A stretch of 64,000 nucleotides of DNA from Oceanispirochaeta sp. (GCA_963666275.2 CAXXOA010000001.1:736001-800000), one strand, 5' to 3'; counted from the stretch's first letter, positions 39,310-49,690 are shown. The notes: a model not told the origin generated them from the sequence alone. Made by a program: numbers and translations.

Positions 39310-40314
39310 ATGAAAATGAAAGCAGCTGTGATCGAGCAGAAAAATATATTGAAGACCCTGGAGGTGGATGTTCCCGAGCCCCTGGAGAATGAGGTTCTGA
39401 TCGAAGTGTATGCCAGCGGTATATGCGGTACGGACCTTCATATCTATCAGGGGGATTACAAGGGAACTTATCCCATCATTCCGGGGCATGAGTTTTCCGG
39501 TGTTGTCCGGAAGGCCGGTAGCAAAGTCCGGAATTTCAAAGAGGGAGACCGGGTCGCTGTGGAGCCCAACCTCTCCTGCGGGGTCTGTTACGACTGCCTC
39601 AATAACCGTCAGCATTTCTGTGAAAATGTTCAGGCCGTCGGGGTTACCCGTCAGGGCGGATTCGCCCAGTTTGTCTGTGCCCCGGAAGGAGCAGTATTTC
39701 CCATAGGAGATCTCAGTTTTGAAGAGGCCGCCTTTATGGAGCCACTTTCCTGTGTTCTTCACGGGGTAGAAGAGGTACAGCCCGATCTGGCGGACAAAGT
39801 CCTTCTGATTGGAGCCGGGCCCATAGGACTGCTTCTGCTGCAGAGTTTTCTTGTCAAAGGCTGTTCGGAAATTACAGTGGTGGACCGTGACAGCTCCCGT
39901 CTGGATCTGGCCAGGGAGCTGGGTGCAGCGATTGTGACCACGGATCTGCAGTCTCTGGAGAAAGAAGCCTATCATATTGTCTGCGATGCCACGGGAGTAA
40001 CCGCTGTGATAGAGCTGACGCTGGATTATGTACGACCTTCGGGAAAAATCCTCTGGTTTGCAGTTCCCCATAAAGATGCGGTGGCGCAGGTTCCTCTTTT
40101 CAGAATGTTTGAGAAGGAAATCTCTATCTATTCTTCCTATACCTCTCTGCGGAACTCCTGGCAGGCTATACACCTCCTTCAGAACAGGAGAATCCGGGTG
40201 GATAAACTGATCTCTCATAAACTGCCCCTGGAGGAGTTTGAAAAGGGACTGAAGATCATTGAAACCCATAGCGAACCGGCCATGAAGATCCTGTGCATCC
40301 CCCGGGAGTCCTGA
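39310..40314 (+). CDS. Zn-dependent alcohol/polyol dehydrogenase
   Basis: GICGTDLH, PGHEFSG, CGVCYDC...C, EPLSC, GAGPIG. Confidence 0.9.
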   Translation: MKMKAAVIEQKNILKTLEVDVPEPLENEVLIEVYASGICGTDLHIYQGDYKGTYPIIPGHEFSGVVRKAGSKVRNFKEGDRVAVEPNLSCGVCYDCLNNRQHFCENVQAVGVTRQGGFAQFVCAPEGAVFPIGDLSFEEAAFMEPLSCVLHGVEEVQPDLADKVLLIGAGPIGLLLLQSFLVKGCSEITVVDRDSSRLDLARELGAAIVTTDLQSLEKEAYHIVCDATGVTAVIELTLDYVRPSGKILWFAVPHKDAVAQVPLFRMFEKEISIYSSYTSLRNSWQAIHLLQNRRIRVDKLISHKLPLEEFEKGLKIIETHSEPAMKILCIPRES

Positions 40315-40361
40315 AGGGGAATGGGATAGTTTTTTTTGTATTTGAATAGAGGAGGAATGAT

Positions 40362-41234
40362 ATGCGGCCTGTAGGAATTTATTATGCTTACTGGACTCAA
40401 CAGTGGGATGCGGATTTTTTTCCCTTTGTGAAAAAAGTGAAAGCCCTGGGGTTTGATCAGCTGGAAATCAACGGCGGCGCCCTGGTGCTTATGGCGGATG
40501 ATAAAAAGCTTGCTTTAAAAGAAGAAGCGGAAAAAGAGGGCATCCGTCTGAGCTACGGGATCGGCCTTACCCCGGATCATGATGTTTCCTCTCTGGATGA
40601 AAATATCCGGAAGAGCGGACTGGCCTTTATGAAAGACATGATCCAATCCGTGGCCTTTATGGGGGGCGGTATGATCGGCGGAACCGTACACAGCTACTGG
40701 CCCGCTGTCTCTCCTCAGGATATGGATGAGAAAAAACGGATTCTAGAGCAGAGTCTGAAAAGCATGAGGGAGCTTGTGAAACCGGCGGAGGATTCTGCTG
40801 TGGTCCTGAATGTGGAAGTGATCAACCGGTTTGAACAGTTCCTTCTCAATACCTGTGCGGAAGCCGTTGAGTATGTGAAAGAGATCGACAGCCCCTCCTG
40901 CCGGATCCTTCTGGATACTTTTCATATGAACATAGAGGAAGATTCCTTCGGCAATGCCATCAGACAGGCCGGCTCCTACCTTTCAGCCCTCCATCTGGGG
41001 GAAACCAACAGGAAACCTCCGGGAATGGGGCGAATGCCCTGGCTGGAAATCCGGAAAGCCCTGGATGACATCGAGTTTGAAGGGCCTCTTGTGATGGAGC
41101 CCTTTGTCAGGACCGGAGGCCAGGTCGGACGGGACATCGGTGTCTGGAGAGAGCTGCTGAAGGCGGATGAGCTGGATCAGGAAGCTGCCAATGCGGCCGC
41201 TTTTGTGAAGAAAACTCTGGCAGGCGTGGACTGA
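40362..41234 (+). CDS. D-psicose/D-tagatose/L-ribulose 3-epimerase family
   Basis: GIYYAYW, EVINRFE, LDTFHMNIEE, HLGETNRK, MEPF (Glu-Asp-His-Glu metal site). Confidence 0.9.
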   Translation: MRPVGIYYAYWTQQWDADFFPFVKKVKALGFDQLEINGGALVLMADDKKLALKEEAEKEGIRLSYGIGLTPDHDVSSLDENIRKSGLAFMKDMIQSVAFMGGGMIGGTVHSYWPAVSPQDMDEKKRILEQSLKSMRELVKPAEDSAVVLNVEVINRFEQFLLNTCAEAVEYVKEIDSPSCRILLDTFHMNIEEDSFGNAIRQAGSYLSALHLGETNRKPPGMGRMPWLEIRKALDDIEFEGPLVMEPFVRTGGQVGRDIGVWRELLKADELDQEAANAAAFVKKTLAGVD

Positions 41235-41308
41235 GAGAAATCCGGAGCTCTCTCTGTGGAGGGAAATCCGGATTTCCTTTTGAAGAAAATACGTGTACAA
41301 TCCCCATT

Positions 41309-42493
41309 ATGTCCCATGGTCCTTCTGAACCCAGCAAAAAGAAACATGCCCTAATGAAAGATTTTCATTCCGCCCTGGAAGAGTGTCTGATGGAAGGCCT
41401 TTCTTTCAGGCAGGGACTGAACCTTTTTATACCTCTCCTGTGTCATTTTCTGGGGACGGGATGTGCCCTTATCCGGTTCACTGATGAAAAGGGTAAACAG
41501 GTCTCCCTCAAAACCAGTGATTTCAGACCTGAGTGGTCGCAGCATATTCCCGGGAATTTTCCAGAGGGCGAAGAAGCGGCTCAGATCCTTGAAATCGATC
41601 AGTCTCTCCTTATTGCTGTTTCCCTGAAAGATTCGGAGAGTTATTTCGGTCTGTGTTGTTTTGTCTTCACCCCCGGGGAGGGGAAAGGAGGAGAAAAGAC
41701 TCTGATCGCTCTTGCCGAGTATGCTTCCTCCCTGATCGGAACCGGGGCAATGATCCTGAGCCCGGAGATCCTGGAGAAAAACCGGCTGAGAAAAGCTTTA
41801 TCCCGGCAGTTCAGTCGGGGGCATATTGAAAAACTGCTTTCTGAAAAAGAACCTTTCCTGCCAGTCCGGAAAGAGGAGGCGGTGATTCTCCGCTGCGAAC
41901 TGACTTCTTTCATTCCCCTCTGTGAGCAAATCCTGAGAACTCCCCGGCGGGTTGATAAGTTTCTCACCCTCTGGACGGAGGCTCTCAGAAAAACAGTCTA
42001 CCACTACGGAGGAGTCTTTCTTCAGAGAACCGGTCCCTCTGTTCAATGCCTGTTCGGTCCCCCTTTTTTTGAATCCACCCCGGAAGATCTGGTGAACAGA
42101 GCCATTCTGGCCTCCAGGGATATCCTGGAAAGAATCCGCCTTCTGGGGGAGCAGCCTGGAATTCAGGAGAATCTTCCTCTTACGGACGCGGGGGAGGGGG
42201 TAAAGGGGGCATGTGTCATTCACTGCGGCCCAGCTGTTCTCGGATTTTTCGGTCCCTTTCATGAGTATTCCGGAGAAGGCCGTGCCATGATTCAGGCCGA
42301 AAGGCTTAAGTCCCATGCCGCCGGAGGGAGTGTTCTTATCACAGAGGCCGCTCTGTCCCATGTTCCCGGCGGTCCTCTGGGTATACAGATCTCTCCATCG
42401 GAATCTGTAGACTTCGAAGGCCCCCGGATGATCGTCACAGATGATGTGACGGAACCTATGGATTATTACCGCTGTGTTTTCAGCAGCGTGTAG
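41309..42493 (+). CDS. GAF-like + class III nucleotide cyclase-like protein, catalytically degenerate
   Basis: Cyclase layout AVILRCELTSF / GGVFLQRTGPSVQCLFG / IHCGPAVLG / AERL, with the metal-binding Asp residues replaced. Confidence 0.7.
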   Translation: MSHGPSEPSKKKHALMKDFHSALEECLMEGLSFRQGLNLFIPLLCHFLGTGCALIRFTDEKGKQVSLKTSDFRPEWSQHIPGNFPEGEEAAQILEIDQSLLIAVSLKDSESYFGLCCFVFTPGEGKGGEKTLIALAEYASSLIGTGAMILSPEILEKNRLRKALSRQFSRGHIEKLLSEKEPFLPVRKEEAVILRCELTSFIPLCEQILRTPRRVDKFLTLWTEALRKTVYHYGGVFLQRTGPSVQCLFGPPFFESTPEDLVNRAILASRDILERIRLLGEQPGIQENLPLTDAGEGVKGACVIHCGPAVLGFFGPFHEYSGEGRAMIQAERLKSHAAGGSVLITEAALSHVPGGPLGIQISPSESVDFEGPRMIVTDDVTEPMDYYRCVFSSV

Positions 42494-43565
42494 ATTCTCT
42501 TTCTATAAGCTGACCATCCAGTAGAAGTTTTTTCGGAGCAGATGAGGGAGTCGCCAGGCGCATCTTCATAAGTTCCACAGCCATATGCCCGATTTCCTCC
42601 CAGTCTATACTGACAGAAGAGAGAGAAACTTTCAGATGCCTGGCGTAACGGGTATTTCCGAAACCACCGATCTGAATGTCTTCGGGAATCCTCACATCCC
42701 GGTCGAGAAATTCGGTCATGAGATCGGCTGCCAGAGAATCGGAAGTACAGAACAGGGCATCAATATTCCGGGACAGGAATAAATCAATTTCTTCCCGGTA
42801 GTTGCGTTTCTCCCTTTCCAGAACGAAACTGTCGCAGGCAAAGCCTTTCTCCTGTGCCGCATCCATAAAACCTTTGATCATCAGCGTATTCAGAACGGGA
42901 CTTTCCCTATCCCAGCAGATGGCTGGATGAGTTGCCCCGTTCTGCAGGAGAGTCCGTCCGATTCTGTATCCGATGGTAAAGCTGTCAATTCCCACAAAAT
43001 CGTGATCAGACTCATGGGGAAAAGCTGACAAATATTGATAAAGTATCTGGACAGGTATGCCTGCCTCCTGAAACAGACGGATCATCTCAAGGTACTTCTC
43101 TACGGGGATGTCAGAAGCGGGATAAAGGAAAATCCCCGCCACTTTTTGACGAATATATTTCCTGCAGAAATCGAAAGACTGCTGGATCCTTTCTTCTACA
43201 GAACCAATCAGAGCGCCAGACCATATCAGGGTATAATCCATAGATTCGCAGGATCGAGCTATCTGGGAATAGAGAGGTTCAAGCATCTCATTACGCCCGA
43301 TATCCGGGACAAGAAGGGCCATAAAGCGTTCCTGTTGTTCCTGTGGTACTTTTTTGACAAAGGTCCCCACTCCCACTTTCCGTTCTATAAGCCCCTCTTC
43401 CTGCAGGTCATTCAGAGCTTTTGCCACTGTCGGACGGGATATCCCGTACTCTTCCACAAGCATGAATTCCGTAGGGAGTTTTTCTCCCTTTCTGTACTGC
43501 CCTGTCTGGATTTTTTTTAAGAGGTCATTGTATATTATTCTGTTTTTAGACTCTTTGCTGCTCAT
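42480..43565 (-). CDS. GntR-HTH + LacI-type effector domain regulator (AraR-like)
   Basis: KLPTE, ISRPTVAKAL, GVGTFV; C-terminal IPEDIQIGGF, LIERES. Confidence 0.9.
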   Translation of the reverse strand: MSSKESKNRIIYNDLLKKIQTGQYRKGEKLPTEFMLVEEYGISRPTVAKALNDLQEEGLIERKVGVGTFVKKVPQEQQERFMALLVPDIGRNEMLEPLYSQIARSCESMDYTLIWSGALIGSVEERIQQSFDFCRKYIRQKVAGIFLYPASDIPVEKYLEMIRLFQEAGIPVQILYQYLSAFPHESDHDFVGIDSFTIGYRIGRTLLQNGATHPAICWDRESPVLNTLMIKGFMDAAQEKGFACDSFVLEREKRNYREEIDLFLSRNIDALFCTSDSLAADLMTEFLDRDVRIPEDIQIGGFGNTRYARHLKVSLSSVSIDWEEIGHMAVELMKMRLATPSSAPKKLLLDGQLIERESTRC

Positions 43566-43639
43566 TAGCTAATATGCCTTTCTAAGTTATCAATTAATTT
43601 GACAAATGAATAGGGTCCATTTAATATTGTCACCAGCTT

Positions 43640-45160
43640 ATGGAACCTGTCCTGTCCATTTCACATATCTCCAAATCCTACGGTACTGTTAAGGTACTGG
43701 ATAACCTCTCTCTTGATTTTAGTTTAGGAGAAATCCACTCCATTGTAGGAGAAAACGGAGCAGGAAAAACCACTCTGGTCCACATTATAAGCGGTCTTGT
43801 AAAACCTGACAATGGAGAAATCCGGGTATCCGGAAGGAACTGGTCTTCCCTCTCCTATCAGACAGCTCTGAAAATGGGGATACTTATTGTCAGACAGGAT
43901 CTGGTCATGCCCGAAAGATCCTCCCTGGCGGAGTACATTTTCCTCGGCAGAGAGCCTGGGCCTCCGGGGCTGGTGGACTACAGGGAGATGGAAGCGCAGA
44001 CCAGGAATATTCTGGAAAGACTGGAACTTGATCTCTCGCCCTCTACTATCGTGGGAAAGCTGAATCTTGCTGAAAAACGGATGATAGCTATAGCCAGGGC
44101 TGTTTCCCTTTCTCCGGAAGTATTAATTCTGGATGAAGCGACCAATTTTTTTTCATCCGCAGAAGAAGACAGATTCCTACGACTGATTAAAATACTCAGA
44201 GATGAGGGAATGTGCATCATTCACATCAGTCATAAACTGGATGAGGTTCTGAAAATCTCGGACAGGATCACGATTCTGAGAGAGGGAAGGCATATCCTTT
44301 CGAGTCCTTCCCACCTTCTCAGCCGGGATGACATCATTACCAGGATGGTTGGACGGGATCATACCCATGTATATTACTGGATTCCCCACTATCCTTCGGG
44401 AGATACACTCCTGGAGGTGAACTCACTGAATCTGGGGAAGAGACTCCGGGATATCAGTTTTTCCCTGAAAGAGGGGGAGGTGCTGGGACTGGCCGGCCTG
44501 GTTGGCTCTGGAAGAACGACTCTGGGAAAGATTCTATTCGGATTAGAGAAGTCTGAGAGCGGCACTATCAGGATGAAAGGGGAAGATCTGAAGATTAACC
44601 GTCCTTATGATGCTCTGAAGGCAGGCATCGCCTATATTTCCGATGACCGCCATAAATACGGAATCCTGGAGAAACAGTCCCTCGGGTTCAACTTGACTAT
44701 AAATATCCTCAATAATATAAGCCGGTATTTCCGGGTGGTCAAAAAAAAGGAACGGTCGGCCATCTCTGATGCGATGGAAAAATTTGTCCTCAGAAAATAT
44801 AGACCCGAGCAGTTAGTGGAGACTTTAAGCGGTGGTACTCAGCAGAAGGTGGCATTTGCAAGAAGTACCGGGGAGATGCCTTCTCTTCTGATCGTGGATG
44901 AACCGACCCGGGAGATCGATATAGAAGGGCAGAAAGAGCTTTATGCAATTATAAATAATCTGGCAGCGGAAAAGGTGGGGGTTATATTGATTTCTTCCAT
45001 TCTGGGGGATCTTATTAATAACTGCGACCGTATACTGGTTCTCAAAGAGGGACGAATTGTCAGGGAATTGAGAAAAACAGAATTCAATGAAGAGATGATA
45101 ATGCATTATGCTATTGATTCCCGTCCTCAAGAGGCGGCTGGAAGGGGTTTGACTCCATGA
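43640..45160 (+). CDS. Monosaccharide (CUT2) ABC ATP-binding protein
   Basis: GENGAGKTT, ISHKLDE, LSGGTQQK, DEPT; tandem ABC domains. Confidence 0.92.
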   Translation: MEPVLSISHISKSYGTVKVLDNLSLDFSLGEIHSIVGENGAGKTTLVHIISGLVKPDNGEIRVSGRNWSSLSYQTALKMGILIVRQDLVMPERSSLAEYIFLGREPGPPGLVDYREMEAQTRNILERLELDLSPSTIVGKLNLAEKRMIAIARAVSLSPEVLILDEATNFFSSAEEDRFLRLIKILRDEGMCIIHISHKLDEVLKISDRITILREGRHILSSPSHLLSRDDIITRMVGRDHTHVYYWIPHYPSGDTLLEVNSLNLGKRLRDISFSLKEGEVLGLAGLVGSGRTTLGKILFGLEKSESGTIRMKGEDLKINRPYDALKAGIAYISDDRHKYGILEKQSLGFNLTINILNNISRYFRVVKKKERSAISDAMEKFVLRKYRPEQLVETLSGGTQQKVAFARSTGEMPSLLIVDEPTREIDIEGQKELYAIINNLAAEKVGVILISSILGDLINNCDRILVLKEGRIVRELRKTEFNEEMIMHYAIDSRPQEAAGRGLTP

Positions 45161-46083
45161 GAAAAATTTTAATTTTTCAGTTCCTGTTTTTATCTGCCTG
45201 TCTCTACTGTTCCGGAGACAGTGAGTTCCGGGGAAGGACATTTGCTTCAACCTATATGACCTTGAACAATTCTTTTTTTGTGGCCCTGGACAACAGCATC
45301 AGGAACTCCTGTGAAGCAAGAGGAGACCGGCTCATATCCTATAATCCTGATTTTGACCAGGTCCGTCAGAACAATCAGATTCAGGATATGATTTCCCAGG
45401 GGGTAGACGGTATTTTTCTTAATCCTGTGGACTGGAAAGGCGTCCGACCTGCACTTGAAGAGGCGGGAAGGGCAGGAATTCCTGTATTTGTTGTGGATGC
45501 TCCTGTTTTCGATAGTGACCTTGTGGTTTCCACGATTGCCTCTGACAACTGGAAGGCCGGCCAGCTGATTGCCCTGGATCTGCTGGCCAGAAGAGACCGG
45601 GCCAGAATTGTTGTTTTGGATCATCCGACGAATAAACCCTCCATAGACCGTCTGGCAGGAATCATGGATACCCTGAAGGGGCATGAAGGGATGGAGGTCG
45701 TAGCCACATACGGAGCATTCGGAACCCTGGAGGGAGCTTATCCTCTGATGGAAAATATACTTCAGTCACGGAGCGACATTACCGTGGTTATGGGGACCAA
45801 TGATCCTACTTCGATAGGGGCTATCGGTGCAATTGAAGCGGCAAAAAAGCTGGATTCCATTCTGGTTTACAGCATTGACGGATCTCCGGAAGGGCAGGCT
45901 ATGGTCAGGCAGGAGAAGATGATGGCGACGGCTGCCCAGTCTCCCGGCAGGATTGGCTCTACTGCCGTGGATATCGCCTATAAATATCTTCAGGGAGAAG
46001 AAGTTCCGGAAGAAATCCTGATCCCGGTAACTCTTATCAATAGGGGCAATGTCCATAAGAATCCGGACAATCTCTGGCAGTAA
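45157..46083 (+). CDS. CUT2 sugar ABC substrate-binding protein (RbsB-like)
   Basis: NNSFF, LNPVD, SDNWKAG, NDPTSIGA, IDGSPE, AAQSP. Confidence 0.9.
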   Translation: MRKILIFQFLFLSACLYCSGDSEFRGRTFASTYMTLNNSFFVALDNSIRNSCEARGDRLISYNPDFDQVRQNNQIQDMISQGVDGIFLNPVDWKGVRPALEEAGRAGIPVFVVDAPVFDSDLVVSTIASDNWKAGQLIALDLLARRDRARIVVLDHPTNKPSIDRLAGIMDTLKGHEGMEVVATYGAFGTLEGAYPLMENILQSRSDITVVMGTNDPTSIGAIGAIEAAKKLDSILVYSIDGSPEGQAMVRQEKMMATAAQSPGRIGSTAVDIAYKYLQGEEVPEEILIPVTLINRGNVHKNPDNLWQ

Positions 46084-46102
46084 AGAATCGGGAGGTTCTG
46101 AT

Positions 46103-47098
46103 TTGAAAATTCTATGGCAGAATATGGCGGGAGATCCTTTTTCTCTGAGGAGTTTCAGCCGGGATATTTCTGAAACATTCCGTCGATACACCGGCCCCCT
46201 TGCCGGTCTTTTTGCGATCAGTCTGGTTATGACATTTCTGAGTCCGGCGTTTATGACAACCGGGAATATCATGAATATTCTGAGACAGGTTTCCACGAAC
46301 GGTCTTCTGGCCATGGCGATGACTTTTGTCATGATTACCGGAGGAATTGATCTTTCCGTGGGATCGGTTATGGCTGTTTCGGGAACTATTGCCGCAGGGA
46401 TGATCTCCCAGTCGGGGCTTCCGGTTCCTCTTGCGGTCATACTGGCTCTTCTGGCCGGCGGGTTTTTCGGAGCATTCAACGGAAGTATAGTGGCAGTGAC
46501 CAGTATCGCCCCTTTTATTGTTACCCTTGCAACAATGAATATCGCCCGGGGCATTGGTTATATCTATACGGGCGGTCTTCCCGTCGGTGCTGTCTCGAAG
46601 GGGTATAACTGGATAGGTCTGGGGTATCTGGGACCTGTGCCGAACCCTGTTCTCTATTTGATTTTTTTCTATTTTCTGCTGAATTTTCTTCTGAGAAGAA
46701 CGACCTTCGGCCGTCATGTCTATGCTGTAGGAGACAGTACGGATGCCGCTTTTTTTGCAGGTATCAAAGTCAACCGTGTCCGGTTCCTGGTCTATACTCT
46801 TTCCGGATTTATAACGGCTTTTGCAGGAATTGTCCTGTCATCAAGAATGTATTCGGGGCAGCCGACAGCCGGACAGGGTTTTGAACTGGATGCTGTGGCT
46901 GCCTGTGTTCTGGGGGGAGTCAGTATGTCCGGCGGATCCGGACGTCTGGCGGGAACTCTTCTGGGAGCTATGATTATAGGTGTTTTGAATAACGGGCTGA
47001 ATCTTCTGCATATCAATTCATTCTGGCAGCTTGTGGTGAAGGGCATTGTTATCCTGGTGGCTGTCTATCTGGATGATCTAAAAAAAAATAAAGCGTGA
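46103..47098 (+). CDS. CUT2 sugar ABC permease (RbsC-like)
   Basis: ITGGIDLSVGS, PFIVTLA, FELDAVAACVLGG; GGAGG RBS before TTG 46103. Confidence 0.92.
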   Translation: MKILWQNMAGDPFSLRSFSRDISETFRRYTGPLAGLFAISLVMTFLSPAFMTTGNIMNILRQVSTNGLLAMAMTFVMITGGIDLSVGSVMAVSGTIAAGMISQSGLPVPLAVILALLAGGFFGAFNGSIVAVTSIAPFIVTLATMNIARGIGYIYTGGLPVGAVSKGYNWIGLGYLGPVPNPVLYLIFFYFLLNFLLRRTTFGRHVYAVGDSTDAAFFAGIKVNRVRFLVYTLSGFITAFAGIVLSSRMYSGQPTAGQGFELDAVAACVLGGVSMSGGSGRLAGTLLGAMIIGVLNNGLNLLHINSFWQLVVKGIVILVAVYLDDLKKNKA

Positions 47099-47142
47099 CT
47101 GGAAGGGGTTTTCGGGCCCTTCCAGAATAAGATCTTATCAGA

Positions 47143-48099
47143 TCAGTGCCGCATTTTGGCTGTTCGGAACTTATCAATTATGACTGCAATTATTATAACG
47201 ATTCCACGGATAACCAGCTGCCAGAAGTAGGATATATTCATAATGGTCAATCCATTATTCAGGAAAGCGATAATAAGGGCTCCCACAAGGGTTCCGAAGA
47301 TACCGCCCAGACCACCTGTCATACTGGTACCTCCCAGAATAACTGCTGCAATGGCATCCAGTTCATAGGTTTGACCCAGGAGGCCGTTGGCACTGTATAG
47401 GCGGCTGGAAAGCATTACCCCTGCCAGTCCCGAAAGGAGACCGCTCAATCCATAGACAATCAGCATGATCTGCCAGGTTTTGATTCCGGTAAGTTTGGCG
47501 GCTTCTTCGTTTCCCCCAACCGCATAGATCCTGACTCCCGTCACAGTGCGGCGGAGAAGGTACCAGACTGCCAGTATCACCATAAGAGCAATAAGGGTCA
47601 GCCAGGGAACCGGACCGAGGTAATCATTTCCAACCCAGGCATAATTCAGATCATTATTTATGACTGTCGTTCCATTTGCCAGGAGATAGGCAGCCCCCCT
47701 GAAAGCGGTCATGCTTCCCAGGGTAACTATAAAAGGCGGGAGGCCCACAAATGAAATGAGAGCTCCATTGACAATTCCGATAACCAGTCCGAAAAGCAGA
47801 CCCATGGGGATGGCAATCGGAGCAAGTACAGGGTGCAGTGAGACCGAAATGGCAATGACAGACGATGTAGCCAGGATGGATCCTACCGAAAGATCGATTC
47901 CGCCAGTCAGAATAACTAGTGTCATTCCCGAAGCCAGTACTATGTTGATAGATGCCTGACGGAGTACATTGGTCATATTATGAGAGGAAAGAAAGTTTTC
48001 ATTCAGGAATGAGAACAAAAGAATAATAAGTATCAGAATGGGGAAAATCCCTAAATTTTTCATAGCTTTGCTGTTGTTCAGCTTATTGATAAGAGTCAT
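47143..48099 (-). CDS. CUT2 sugar ABC permease (RbsC-like)
   Basis: LTGGIDLSVGS, PPFIVTLG, YELDAIAAVILGGTS. Confidence 0.93.
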   Translation of the reverse strand: MTLINKLNNSKAMKNLGIFPILILIILLFSFLNENFLSSHNMTNVLRQASINIVLASGMTLVILTGGIDLSVGSILATSSVIAISVSLHPVLAPIAIPMGLLFGLVIGIVNGALISFVGLPPFIVTLGSMTAFRGAAYLLANGTTVINNDLNYAWVGNDYLGPVPWLTLIALMVILAVWYLLRRTVTGVRIYAVGGNEEAAKLTGIKTWQIMLIVYGLSGLLSGLAGVMLSSRLYSANGLLGQTYELDAIAAVILGGTSMTGGLGGIFGTLVGALIIAFLNNGLTIMNISYFWQLVIRGIVIIIAVIIDKFRTAKMRH

Positions 48100-49637
48100 A
48101 CGCTCTGTCCTCCTTTGGCAAAATGGTAATCCGGCTCTTTTACTCCGGTGGCATAGGATATGATGTTTTCCTGGGTAATCTCCTTTTTGTCCGGAATTTC
48201 CCCGACTATCACCCCTTCCCGCATAATCAGAACTCTCTGGGCTATTCCCACAACCTCCGGAAGTTCACTGGAAATGAATATTACTGCCACACCCCGGGAT
48301 GCCAGTTCTCCAATGATCCTGTAAATTTCACTTTTCGCTCCCACGTCCACTCCTCTGGTGGGTTCATCTAGAATAAGAACCCGGGGATTGATAGCCAGCC
48401 ACCTGGCCAGAAGAACTTTCTGCTGGTTTCCTCCTGAAAGGGAGAGGACTTTTGTTCCGGGAGATGCGGTTTTTATATTCAGTTTGCCGATGGGATCTTT
48501 AGAGAATCTGTCATTGGCTCCTCTGGGGAGAAATCCACCTTTCCGTGATATACGGCTGAGTACATTCATGCTGATATTGTCGCTGACGCTCATATCCAGA
48601 AAGAGTCCCTGAGACTTTCTGTCTTCCGGAACATAGCCGATATTGTGATGGATTGCATCCGTGGGATTGTTTACCCTGATTTCTTCCCCGTCCAGATACA
48701 AGCTTCCCGAGACAGGTCTGTCAATTCCGAATATCATCCGTGCCAGTTCTGTTCTTCCTGCTCCCACAAGTCCGGCAATTCCCAGGATTTCTCCGGCTCC
48801 GACTTCAAAAGATATATTTTTTACCATATCGTCATCAGAAAAATCCTCAACTATGAATGTCCCTTTTCTGACATTGGTATTTACTTCGTGTTTATAAAAA
48901 TCCTCCAGAGAACGCCCGACCATCATTGATACAATTCGCGAAGGGTCTATTTCATCCTTTTCCAGGGTACCAATATACTGTCCGTCACGTAGCACACTGA
49001 CCCGGTCGGCAATACGGGCCACCTCATTCATTCTGTGGCTGATATAGATCACGGAAATCCCCTGTTTTTTCAGAGAAAGGACGACTTCGAAAAGTTTGTC
49101 GGTCTCTCTGTCGCTCAATGCAGCTGTAGGTTCATCCATTATCAGAACTTTGCTCTCATGATTCAGAGCCCGGGCGATTTCTATCTGCTGCTGTTCTGCA
49201 ATACTCAATGCTCCTGCAGAAGTGTCGGGAGAAAAAACGGCTCCGAGGGTTTTCAATATTTCAGTTGAACGTTTTTCCTGGGCTTTTCTATCTACCCGGC
49301 CTCTCCGGGACAGTTCACTTCCCATGAAAATGTTTTCTGCCACTGTCAGATTGGGGGCTATACTCAATTCCTGATATATTAGGTTGACTCCCTGGTGAAT
49401 GGCATCTAGAGGGCTGATTATGACCGCTTCTTTTCCCGAAAGCAGTATCCGGCCTTCGTCTGCTGTATAAACCCCCGCAAGAATTTTCATCAGAGTACTC
49501 TTGCCGGCTCCGTTTTCTCCCATCAGGACATGGACTTCACCTTTAAGAACTTCCAGATCTACTTTATCCAGAGCTTTTACCCCGGGAAACTCTTTGCTGA
49601 GCCCTATCATCTGCAGGGCTGTTTCGCTGTTGTTCAT
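48096..49637 (-). CDS. CUT2 sugar ABC ATP-binding protein (RbsA-like)
   Basis: GENGAGKSTL, MDEPT, PEDRK, LSGGNQQK, DEPTRGVDVGAK. Confidence 0.95.
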   Translation of the reverse strand: MNNSETALQMIGLSKEFPGVKALDKVDLEVLKGEVHVLMGENGAGKSTLMKILAGVYTADEGRILLSGKEAVIISPLDAIHQGVNLIYQELSIAPNLTVAENIFMGSELSRRGRVDRKAQEKRSTEILKTLGAVFSPDTSAGALSIAEQQQIEIARALNHESKVLIMDEPTAALSDRETDKLFEVVLSLKKQGISVIYISHRMNEVARIADRVSVLRDGQYIGTLEKDEIDPSRIVSMMVGRSLEDFYKHEVNTNVRKGTFIVEDFSDDDMVKNISFEVGAGEILGIAGLVGAGRTELARMIFGIDRPVSGSLYLDGEEIRVNNPTDAIHHNIGYVPEDRKSQGLFLDMSVSDNISMNVLSRISRKGGFLPRGANDRFSKDPIGKLNIKTASPGTKVLSLSGGNQQKVLLARWLAINPRVLILDEPTRGVDVGAKSEIYRIIGELASRGVAVIFISSELPEVVGIAQRVLIMREGVIVGEIPDKKEITQENIISYATGVKEPDYHFAKGGQSV

Positions 49638-49651
49638 TGTTATTACCTCAT

Positions 49652-49690
49652 AAAAAGGGCTGCCTCTTCCTCAGGAAAGAAGACAGCCCT
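49652..49690 (-). terminator. Stem-loop after SBP gene
   Basis: AGGGCTGTC...GCAGCCCT followed by TTT on the minus strand. Confidence 0.6.
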
